A stretch of 64,000 bases of DNA from Trichoplax adhaerens (Eukaryota; Animalia; Placozoa). The notes under the pieces are model-generated. The model searched no databases. It was given only the letters and a program-made list of their open reading frames with translations, and had not been told where the DNA came from. Position numbers and translations under genes: made by a program. This document shows positions 53,325-64,000 of this stretch, in pieces (within the stretch, counting starts at the first letter, position 1; each line of letters begins with the position of its first letter). Where the stretch lies: assembly GCF_000150275.1 (NCBI RefSeq), contig NW_002060947.1:7301880-7365879 (forward strand), given 5' to 3'.

Positions 53325-56300
53325 ATGAGTCATTTGTCGACAAATAATGTTGATATTCAATTTTTGAAACAAGCTTATACTGAGGCTTTCAATAATGGAG
53401 ATTACCAGTTGGCTCTTGACATAACCAAGATGATGATGGAAGCGATAGATAATCCCTATATAAGTACATTAGTCCGAGATCAATATTTATGTGATACTTA
53501 CTTGGATATATCGGCTGCTTACCGAGAAAAGTACCAGTTGACTCCAGCAATAGAGTATGCTGATCAATGTGAGAAATTAGCTAAAAAACTAAAAGATCAG
53601 CTTCGAATTGCTTGCTCTTTACATAATCGTGGTGAAATTAAAACAAAAAAAGAATCATTTGAAGAAGCCTTAGTGGATTATAAATTATCCTTGGAATTGA
53701 AATTAAAATTGCTCGGAGATAATAATTTAATTTTAACAGATACCTATGATAGTATAGGTTACATATACAATTGCCAATGGAACCACGAGGAAGCGCTAGC
53801 AATGTACCAGAAATCGCTTAATCTACGCCAAAATAAGCTAGGAAAAAATAATTTATTCGTGGCTATTTCTTACGGTAATATTGGAACAATTTACTTTAAA
53901 CAGACCAGATATAAAGAGGCTCTATCGATGTTTACCCAATCGATCAATATTAAACTTGACTTCCTAGGAGGTGACCATTTGCAAGTAGCTACTTCGTATC
54001 ATCATATTGGATTAGTATACTTTTATCAATCTCTATATGATGACGCCTTACTGATGTGTCAGAAATCGCTCCATATTCGTCTACATACTTTAGCAGAAAA
54101 AAATCATCTTGTCGCTCAGTTGTACAATACGATTGGAATGATTTATAATCGCCAGTGTAAATTGGACGATGCTCTATCCATGCATCAGAAATCTTTAGAC
54201 ATTTATAGCGATATCTTAGGAGATCAATCATACGAATTGGCCGCTACTTTTAATAATGTTGGGACTATATATGACCTACAAACCAAATATACTGATGCTC
54301 TCGAGATGTACTATGAATCTCTGGAAATGAACACACAATTACTAGGCCGTAATAATTTAACTGTAACGACTGCCTATACTAATAAGGGAATAATCTATGC
54401 TAAGCAATCGAAGTATGCAGATGCTGTTACGATGTTTCAAAAGTCTTTGGCTATTCAACAGAACCTGCTTGGAGAAAAGAATCTATTCGTTGCTGAGTCA
54501 TTTAGCAACATTGCATTAGTTTATTATAATCAATCCAAGTATAAAGACGCTTTATCCAATTATCAAAAATCGTTAAATATTCAAAAAAGCATTTTAGAAG
54601 AAGATAGCCTGGATATCGCTAGATCATATAACAATATTGGACTAATTTATTTCCATCAACATAAGCATGAGGATGCACTCGAAATGTATCAAAAATCTTT
54701 GGATATCAAAATAAACTTATTGGGTGAAAATAACACTGAAGTTGCAACCTTATGGAATAATTTTGGACTAGTATACAGACATCAATTTAAATATGAGCAA
54801 GCGTTAGTGATGTATCACAAATCTTTAAAAATTCAACGGCAACTATTAGGAGATGACAATTTATACATAGCTCGATTATTCAATAACATCGGATTAATTT
54901 ATTATGATCAATATAAGTATGATGATGCTCTATCAATGTATCAAAAATCTCTAGCAATTAACCTTAACATGTTGGGCGATAACAATTTAGAAGTTGCTCG
55001 ATCATATAACAACATTGGAAGTGTTTATCGGCGCCAATCCAAATTCGTAGAGGCTCTATCTATGTATCTTAAATCTTTAAAAATGAAAATAGATATTGCT
55101 GGTGTAAATCATGTATCAATACCACGCTTGTGTGACAATATTGCAATTATATATCGTGGGCAGAAGAAATATACGCTTGCTGGAAAGATTAATAAACTAG
55201 CTGCCAAGATTCGCAACAGACTTCGTCAAGGCGATGCAGTAAACCTAACGATTTCTAACAATTTCATGAAAGTGTTTTCTGAATTAAACCAATCAATCTT
55301 ACAATCAAGTAGGTTCAGATTGAAAGTTCTGGATTTTATTTTTTATTATTGAAGATGTTACGCTGTTATAACTTTATTAATTTGTTCTGTTTTCAATGAT
55401 TAAAGGTGATTCGAACGCATCTATTGCTAGCATTTTTACAAATGAATCAAAAAAAGACCAAGTTGGTGAGTCTTGACATGTCTAATTGTTACCTTGCTGT
55501 GTGTAATCCTACCAATTATAATTATTTATTTTTTAGATATAAGCTATATCAATTTAGAAAACTATGTCTTTATTTTACCAACGAATAATTATTTAGATGA
55601 ATTACTGCTGCTGCTACCTTAACTTTTATACCGAGCTAAAAACAAACCTGATTCGCTATTTATAAATGTTAAATGTATTCCTATACCAGTAATAAAATTA
55701 ACACATAGTACGAGTATTTCACGTTGAGATTCTTATGTGTCTATAAAATCAGAAAAAGTATTACTTTTGAGATTCCACTTCCAATAGTTATACTGCATAT
55801 GGAATTAAAATTTTTATAAATCAGATTACATATGGTTAATTTCATTTTCTCGAAAGAGGTTTTTACAGTATTCTAATGCAGGTAAAGAATAATTATTAAT
55901 ATTCCATTAATATTGTGCATATAGTTGCGACGGAGAAAATTAGTGGAAAATAGTTAGGCAGTCACAGTTTCATGGTTTATGCATATATGCAGCAGGTTTA
56001 TCCGAGTATATAACGTACAATTACACAATTTATGCTATTTCAAACTTCATCACTAGTCTATTTAAGAAATTTATGTTGTTGTTGCGCGCTGAATTTATAT
56101 ATGTTTATAACCTACTGTACTCTTATAATATTGGCGTAGAGTTTATTATTGCCAGTATCATATTCTTACCAACCTGTATATGTATAGCAGTAAGTTTTAT
56201 ATCTAGGAGAAAGTAGTATGTGCTTACGTCATGAATCGTACTAATCGAGCAGGGGTACCATTATAATTTGTATGGATAACGAATTATGGATAATTATTTT

Positions 56301-57427
56301 GTATCATTTTGGATATATACCCGTATTTTACTTTCTTGAAAAAATTAACATTACTGTTATACATCAATTTAGTAAATACTTATGCCAATAATTGTATGCC
56401 ATTATAGTTATCTATGTGAAGAGACACTAAAGAAAATTTATTTAATCAATTTTAATATTTTGATTTCTGTATTACTTTCTCATTAAATTACATAAATATA
56501 AACCTATGAAGAAAAAGATTCTGGAGACGCATTGAAATCAATGTCAGTGCATTTTACAAGAACCGTCAGAAGTAAGTTTATGATTAGTAACGATGTCTTA
56601 CGGTAATTTAAGTTCTTATCTATGCACATTACAACGATCTATTACACTAATAGATTTTAATGTTATATCGGTTATGTATCTCAGCCATATTATTGTAATA
56701 ACGGGATATATTTGGTGGCTTATTTCATTTCCCGAATAGTTAATGTAGAGATTCTATAGAATTTGGATTTATTTCGCGTTACAAAATAGTTAGCGTTGAG
56801 AGAACTATTTTAACACTTCATATTTTCATTCTTTGTACCCGAAGTTCTTTTAACTACTTGATTTGCCGTATGTATGAGCCACGCAATGAATTAAAATTTA
56901 ATAATTCGCAAAATTGACTAACTAGCGATAATCAGGATAATCTCTGTATTACTCTCATATTGCATAAAGAGTCAAATACTTTACCATCTTAAGTGTCATG
57001 CTATTAAAAGATTTAATTTGTAAAATCTTACCAATTGCAGCTAGTCATTAATGGAACGTACATTTATACACTTCAGTGTGTAAAATTAAAAAGCGCTAAA
57101 GAACGTGTTTATTTTAAATAAGAACATGTTAATTTTACAAATAAATTGTCAAGCGATGATATTAATAATTGCCTTAAAAATGTCATCGAGTGACTATGAG
57201 GTATTTTAAAATGCCAAAGGTGGAGGTTTTAATTTCTTAGCAAAATAGTACCAGTACACATAGCTATCGAAAAGTTTATGCTAAACGATTAAAATTTGGT
57301 TAGATAGAATAAAATTACGCGTATATGCGTTAGTCTTAACTAAATATACCTATGTTATAACTTCTTTGTAGGTATTCGTAGGAGCAGAATAACGGAGGCA
57401 GATCCAGCTCGAAAAAAAACTATTTAA
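53325..57427 (+). CDS. TPR-array protein with about 12-13 tandem 42-aa repeats (kinesin-light-chain/nephrocystin-3-type TPR); large first exon plus three small 3' exons, ~719 aa
   Basis: Repeat consensus vAxSYNNIGxIYxxQxKYxxALxMYQKSLxIxxxxLGxxNLx. The main ORF 53325-55352 is certain. Exons 55406-55465, 56512-56571 and 57372-57427 are inferred from phase-1 GT-AG sites (donor after 55308). Confidence 0.85.
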
Positions 57428-57958
57428 AATATCAGTACCAGAATATCGTTTTCGAATTTCATACCGCTAACTATTGTCACCAATTAATGTCTTTAATATG
57501 CGTGTGGCTTGTAACGCTTCTACAGAGCATAAATTTTAATTTAATGCATGTAACGTTAATGTCTGATCAGAAGGAATAATCTGGCTGAGATGCAATAAAG
57601 ATTATTATATAACGTATCTTTTATTACTATACTGATGAAATAATATTTGCTAGATGTCTATGAGCGTTAAAAGTGCTACTCTATGGATGATAATGTCGTT
57701 CCTTTACTCAAAGTTGCTGGATCAATAATTTATTATTCCTTTAACGTGTCTAAAGATGCTAGTGTTTTAATGATACCTTCAAATATTATTCCATCGCTGC
57801 TTGCAAAATTGTTGTAATAAACGAACTTGTTGCTTGATTTTAACTGTAGTATTTATTCGCTTCTATTTCTGCGCAGTAACATCTACTTGATCTATCACAG
57901 TACAACAAATAAAATTTTAGCTTATTATGATAACATCAAGATTGGGCAATAGATTAAC

Positions 57959-58474
57959 TTATTGTAATTTCATCTGTATATTATACCATGGCAATTTACC
58001 AAAGTTTACTGAAGATGAGCCGACGCATTGAAACCCTACTTTCTCATAAAATGATATTAGATAGTCATGAGCAACTAAATTAATAAGCACAATATCTGGA
58101 AAATTCTGCTTAATATAAGCTGTATAGTGATTGACCATGACAGACGCGATACCCTTGCGTTGAAATTTTTCGTGGATGCATACAGAATGAATGCAGAGAT
58201 ATTTTCCACCAGGTATATGTTCATACATAGATTGAAAAGTTAATAAGTCATCATTACTCCGTGTACCACAGATATGACCAATTACTTCGCCATCTATTAC
58301 GAATACAAGGAATAATTCCTTAGCTGCATTAAATCGGTCTCTAAGTTGCTTGGCAGAAGCTGGTTCGCCTTCTGGAAATGATTTTTGTTCTGTTTGACAT
58401 ACAATATCAAAGTCTTCCTCGGTAATCTGGCGTATAATAGCCTTATAAAGACCTTGTACGTGTATAGGTTCCAT
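57959..58474 (-). CDS. GNAT acetyltransferase, arylalkylamine/polyamine N-acetyltransferase (non-vertebrate AANAT / yeast Paa1-like), copy 1
   Basis: 171 aa, intronless CDS. EQKSFPEGEPAS, ELFL, EHIPGGKYLCIHSVCI, acetyl-CoA motif QRKGIA, LISFYEKVGF, PWYNIQM. Confidence 0.88.
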   Translation of the reverse strand: MEPIHVQGLYKAIIRQITEEDFDIVCQTEQKSFPEGEPASAKQLRDRFNAAKELFLVFVIDGEVIGHICGTRSNDDLLTFQSMYEHIPGGKYLCIHSVCIHEKFQRKGIASVMVNHYTAYIKQNFPDIVLINLVAHDYLISFYEKVGFQCVGSSSVNFGKLPWYNIQMKLQ

Positions 58475-58774
58475 GTTTCTTATCTAAAGTTGAGCAATGA
58501 TGGGTTTAACGTTAAATTTTTAAAAATTGCTAGGATAACATTTACTACCGATATATACAGTATTACATTAGAACTCTTATTTGACAGGTATGGTATACTT
58601 TCTTTTGGATTAAAGTATGCTCTAAATGTGTCTTGCATAGCGGTTTAATTAAATTTGGAAATTTTTTGAAGGCTCTCTATATATCGGCTACCGTTGCTGT
58701 GATTTGGGATAGTACCATTTTGCTAACTTTAGCAAATAGAACAAATTTAAACGAATTGAAGTAAGCGAGATCTT

Positions 58775-59505
58775 AAAAGGAGGGAACGAAAGCTACGATT
58801 AAAATTTCACTACACTACTATTGCTGGGGAGGTCATTAACGTAAATGATTAAATGGTGCTGAATTTTGATAGGGACATCATCGCTGTATAGAAATTACAG
58901 TAAATGGTGTTCAGTAGGGGAGAATGCAATAGTTAAATGTTCAGTCTACTACTATAACTGTGGACGTTCACCGATGCAAAAGATCCAATAGTGTTCAGTA
59001 GGAGAGAACGAATGCTAAGATCAAAAGTTCACTACACCACTATTAATAGGCATATCATCAGTGTAAAAGATTCAAATGGTGTTCAGTATGAGAGAATGAA
59101 TGCTATGGTTAAAAGTTTACTGCACTAGTGTTACAGAGGACATCATCAATCAATTAAATGATTCAATAAAGCTCAATAGGAGAGAAAGAATGCCATGATC
59201 AAAATTTCATTACATCATTATTAATAGGGACATCGTCAATGCATAAGATTAAATGATGTTGAGCAGGAGAGAACGAATGCTACGATTAAAAGTTTACTAC
59301 CCTACTATTATAGGGGAGGTCACCAATGCAAAAGATTAAAAGGTGTTCAATGAAAGAGAAAGAATGCTAGGATGCAAAATTCACTACATTACTATTTATA
59401 CGGACACCGTCAACGTAAAGACTAGATGGTGTTCAGTAGGAGAGAATGAATACTATGGTTAAAAGTTCACTACACTACTATTGCTAGGGACATCATCCAA
59501 GTAAA
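58775..59505. repeat. Degenerate ~87-bp minisatellite, ~8 copies
   Basis: ggagagaa.gaatgcta.g.ttaaaagttcactacactactatt-like units near 58779, 58917, 59001, 59089, 59179, 59266, 59353 and 59439. Confidence 0.9.
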
Positions 59506-60224
59506 AAAAATATGCGAGTCAAATCTACAGTAGTCTCTGTTTCACAATTAATAAGCGTAAAAGAAGTCAACAAACGAATGTACAGATACTAACTGATCGT
59601 GAGTAAAGTAGTCAAGAACCACTCCATTTTATCTGGAAAAAATGATTGCTATCTACGATTGCTGTTATGCAAGATCTCAAGACCTGTTGCATAAAAGAGT
59701 AAATAGATTATTTGCAAAAAGAATGATCATGTCTTTCATGTTGTGTTCTGTTACAAGTTAGTGCAGTGATCTAAATCATAGAAATGCTATATCAAGGTGT
59801 AACCAATCATATAACAAATGCCATTTCTCCTGCCTATATTCTCCTGAACTTTAATTTTACAACTTCTATATTGTGAAAGATAGCAATACTATCATTTAAC
59901 GATTTGACAATTTATACCTAGCGTAAAGCAAGCAATGAAATACCAGTCCTTCCCAACTAGAGTTAAAGCCCAATCTCGCTGCCTAGTCGAATAATCCTGG
60001 TTAAGATCCTATGCCTGTAAATCAACTTTGTCTCATCGCTTAATTATAATTGCAACATCGCTGGCAGAAATGATAAAATTTGCTAGGCCTTCTTTTGAAA
60101 TGAAAGGCGTGACCGATCGAGCATGCGCGATTGCATGAATCATTTAAACAAACAAATGCAGCTATCCGGAATAGAATCTGCAATCTGATGAAGAAGTGAT
60201 AGCATGGTTTTGCTTCAATCAACG

Positions 60225-61112
60225 CCATACTGTAAACATTAACGTAAGCTGATTAAATTTACTGCTTGACAGGCTGGATCTGAAGCGAGTCGACAACATA
60301 AATATTAGCATGAATTAGTGGAATTTGTTAGCCTACATTTGGAGCAAACCAACGCCATAAATGGAGACGTAGTCGAGTTGAATTGGCTACTGTATTTGAC
60401 AACCTGGACGGCTGGTTCTGAAGTAATTCGACGACATAAACGGAAGCGTGAATTAGTGAATTTGCTAGCTTGCATCTGCTGCAAATCGGCACCATAAAAC
60501 TTTAAGGTAATCCAGTGGAATTGACTATTTGATAGCCTGGGTCTAAGGCAATTTTGCATCATGAAATTTAATACAAGTTAATGAATTTGCTAGCCAGAAT
60601 GTGTGGTAGATCGACACCATAAGTGCTAGCACAAGCTAGTAAATTTGATAATCTGGATCTACAGTAAATCGACATCGTAAACATAAACGCTAGCGAGTGA
60701 AATTTGCTAGCCTATTTAAGACGATTCTACACTGTGAATATTAAGGTGAACTAGTGAAAATTGCTACTTGATGGCCTATATCTAGAGTAAATCTATACCA
60801 TGAACGTCAACAAGAGTTAGTTGAATTTACTAGCCTGAATCTGAGGTAAATCGACATCACAAATGATAAAATGAACTAGTGGAATTTGGAAGCCTGCATC
60901 TGAGGTAAATCGACACCATAAATGTTAACGCGATCTAGTGAGATTTGGAAACCTACACCTGAGATAAATCGATACCACAAACGTTAACGCTAGCTGGAAG
61001 AATTTAATAGCCTAGATTTGAGGTAATGTGATACCATATAGCTTAACGCGAGCTAATGGGATTTACCTTTGGATAGCCTGGATCTGAGGCAAATCGACAC
61101 CGTAAACGTTAA
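60225..61112. repeat. Degenerate ~60-bp minisatellite, ~14 copies
   Basis: tagtg.aatttg.tagcctg.atctgaggtaaatcgacaccataaa-like units every ~60 bp, clearest at 60837, 60897, 60957, 61016 and 61080. Confidence 0.88.
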
Positions 61113-62158
61113 AACATGTTCTGTGTGCAAAGTTCATAAACATGCGTTCAACTTGTATATGTATAGCATAATAAGGATGATGCATGCTGCTTTTGAATAT
61201 GTGGACACTTTCGAGATAATATCGAAATTTACAAGAATAAATAAATAGGAGCTTGAAAGAATTAACTAGCATTAATGCATATTGAAACTACTGTAATCAG
61301 AAGGCTTGAATTATTTACATCAATTGTAGATTTGCGACATTGCTTACTGAGTGTAATCTAAAGAAATATTTTTTAAGGGTTAGTGCTTAGAGCTTGATCA
61401 TGTTGCTTGTCGGTTGAATTAAGTCGAGATTGATGCAAAGGCTTAACTGCTACTTTAATAATAATACAGCACTAGAAGATCCTATAGACCGTTCATTTTG
61501 TTTGTAATTATTTTCTTATGAGAGAAAGGAATAAACTATTATAAATTGAGTCATGAGAGGAAAAGAACCGTACGAAGGAGTCGACAGTCAGTCATATTTT
61601 TCTCGATCTCAGCCTACGTTAAACTGTACACTGTACGCGTTTTACTTTACTGGCAGCAAGTTACGATTGAATTAACAGCTTCAATAAAGAACGATTTATT
61701 CCATCATATTAATGATAACTGATACCACAGTCTTATGGTAGATAACATAAAGATAAAAATTAATAGATAAACCATCCTTAAATTTAACTAATTTCATATT
61801 GACTTATCTGACATAACAAGAGATACTCGTTACCAACTTTTACTGTAAGCAAGTAGCATCTTTTCAATTTAGATATGGACAAGATTTTAACCTTAACGAT
61901 ACCATCAACCTTGTCGAATCTATTTAATCAAAACTTGTTAGTAATAGCTCTTTGGACAAGCCAAATCTTGACAGTCATGTTACTACCATATATAACAGAT
62001 TGCTTGATTTAATTGTTTTATTTATTTATACTCGGCCCCTGATAGGTCTCACTGTCAGATCTGAGGCCATTGCTTTGCTGTCCTGATTGAGTAAGGTCAT
62101 TTAATCTAACAATTTTAAAATAAATACATGAAAGAGCTGAAAGGGGGTAGTATCTATC

Positions 62159-62665
62159 TTACAATTTCATCTGGCAATTGTACCATGGTAGTTTACCATG
62201 GACTACAGACGACAAACCAAGGTACTGAAATCCTGCTTTCTCGTAAAACGATATCAGGTGGTCATGAGTAATTAAATTAATTATCGAAATCGATGAAATG
62301 TTTTCCTTGATGTAAGCTATATAGCGTTTAAGCAACATGGACGCGATACCTTTTCGCCGAAAGTTGCCAGTAACACATACGGAATGAATACATAAAGTTT
62401 TCCCATCGGCTACATGTTCGTGTATAGATTGAGCTGTTAATAATTCATCATTGCATCGTGTGCCACAAATAAACGCGATAATGTTGCCATGGACTTCGTA
62501 TCCTAGAAATAATTCACTTGCTACCTCAAATCGATTCATTAGTTGTTCAGGACTTGCAGCTTCATCTGATGGAAAGCATTCTTGCTCTATTTGACAAACA
62601 GCTTCCATGTTTGCTTGCGTTATTGGTCCTACGATGCCATTGAATTCACGTTGTAGAGACTCCAT
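62159..62665 (-). CDS. GNAT acetyltransferase, AANAT/Paa1-like, copy 2 (tandem paralogue)
   Basis: 168 aa, intronless CDS. EQECFPSDEAAS, EHVADGKTLCIHSVCV, RRKGIA, LISFYEKAGF, VVHGKLPWY; colinear with copy 1. Confidence 0.88.
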   Translation of the reverse strand: MESLQREFNGIVGPITQANMEAVCQIEQECFPSDEAASPEQLMNRFEVASELFLGYEVHGNIIAFICGTRCNDELLTAQSIHEHVADGKTLCIHSVCVTGNFRRKGIASMLLKRYIAYIKENISSISIINLITHDHLISFYEKAGFQYLGLSSVVHGKLPWYNCQMKL

Positions 62666-64000
62666 ATTTCATAGCTAGAAGAAATAATGATGACGTGCCA
62701 TTAAGAATTAAAAATTGATGCTTAACTGTTACAGATAAGTCGTGTGGCGAAAGTAATTATGATATGATATCTATTGCTATTGATACAGCAGCTGATTTCA
62801 TCGATATAATAGTAAAAGAATGAATGGAGGTATTCAGATATTAGAATTAAGGATAAAAGACTGACTTGAGAAGATACATTTGCTGCTGCTTTTATTAGCT
62901 AGATCGCAATTATGAGCAATTCTTTGCTGGTTATAGATGTCAGATCTGATTAATTCCATCTACTGTTTACTCTAAATTATTCGATGATTAAATTTATCCA
63001 GTATAGAGAGTTTAAGGAAGGCCCTGTATAACTCTTATAAGAGCTCAAGGCCAACATGCACCAGTTCACTAATAAACGCATGCTCTAGTAAGTAATTTTG
63101 ATCTAATTTTTAATAAATCTATATTACTAAATATGAAATAAATAAATTACTATAGATGACGGTAGTCTAAGTCTAGAGGCCTTCTACTGCATTAAGCCAT
63201 TAAGAATGCATTCCTTATTTATAGATTAAAGCACTAGAAGTAGTACATAAATTAAAACTCGTACTAGTAAAGTTGATGTCTAGCCTCAAAGCCATACAAC
63301 ATGTAACATCGCAATCAAAGGATTGACAATTATACAGTATGTAATTCGTGTTTTAAGCCTAGATAGCACTTAGGGTCGAGATTCAGCTATTTCCGAGTTT
63401 TCTGGCTTTTACAATTCGTAGCGTAAGTTTGGGTTGAATTTAGAGATTATTAATTAGTAATAAGAACACATTTACAGATATCCACACTTCTACAACTCTA
63501 CAATCAATTTATATTAGAATTGTCGACGGTGAACGTATAAAAGTCACCGTCTTTTCAAATGTAGTGAGCATTCACATCGAGTGTGGTATTTTTAATTCTA
63601 ACTCTACCTACGTATATACACCACAGTTGCGAGGCTTCTCGTAAATATCTCCTACGCTAGTTAGAAGAGCTACTTATCGTCAATTCAGTTGCTGCTATGC
63701 CACTCAAGTTTATTTCTTCACCACAGTTCCTGAGATACTTCAAACTCTCCTTAAATTACCGTATCCTTGCGATTAACTATCAGTCAAATTATCAGTACTT
63801 TCCTATATAATGTTAAGCAACTACTATCACTTAATAATTTCAAGTCCAAATCTAATTTTGCAATCGACTCAATATCCGGTGTTGAGTAATCTCTCGTCCT
63901 TGCTTCTATTTTGCTGGATAGGAAATCGAGTAAATGGTTTATGATCAAGCATGCGCAACTTTATTAGCTACAACAGGATTTGAATAATTCATAAGCCGGC

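Noticed and set aside
60305-61112. Protein repeat encoded by the 60-bp array (20-aa unit such as VYGVDLPQIQA)
   Set aside because: Frequent 1-bp indels and stop codons between units; no sustained frame.
1-64000. tRNA, rRNA, snRNA or intronic snoRNA genes
   Set aside because: No cloverleaf, rRNA-like tract or convincing C/D box pair seen by eye; an Infernal or tRNAscan run would be needed to exclude them.

Overview
AT-rich eukaryotic genomic DNA with short GT-AG introns. The gene content, the dense ACAGT/ACTGT motif near gene starts and the stand-alone 42-aa TPR gene point to a placozoan (Trichoplax-like) genome; this is inference, not a database match. Left arm (1-24 kb) is a compact housekeeping block: an intronless 404-aa unknown mitochondrial-type membrane protein, RPF2, CHAF1B, a head-to-head PAICS/PPAT purine pair and BCS1L, with large minisatellite arrays just upstream of several genes. 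Middle (26-44 kb) is gene-poor and holds three solo LTRs, each TG...CA with an exact 5-bp target-site duplication; two are near-identical and inverted. Right arm (44-63 kb) holds a 3-exon class A GPCR, a TPR-array gene with three extra 3' exons missed by the ORF track, and two tandem AANAT/Paa1-like GNAT acetyltransferases separated by two degenerate repeat arrays. No CRISPR, tRNA or rRNA was found. Exon boundaries were read by eye from splice sites and frame continuity. I found no single certain novel system; the best leads are the 17/21-aa helical-repeat protein, the GPCR-TPR-AANAT neighbourhood, the solo-LTR trio and the PAICS-PPAT pair.
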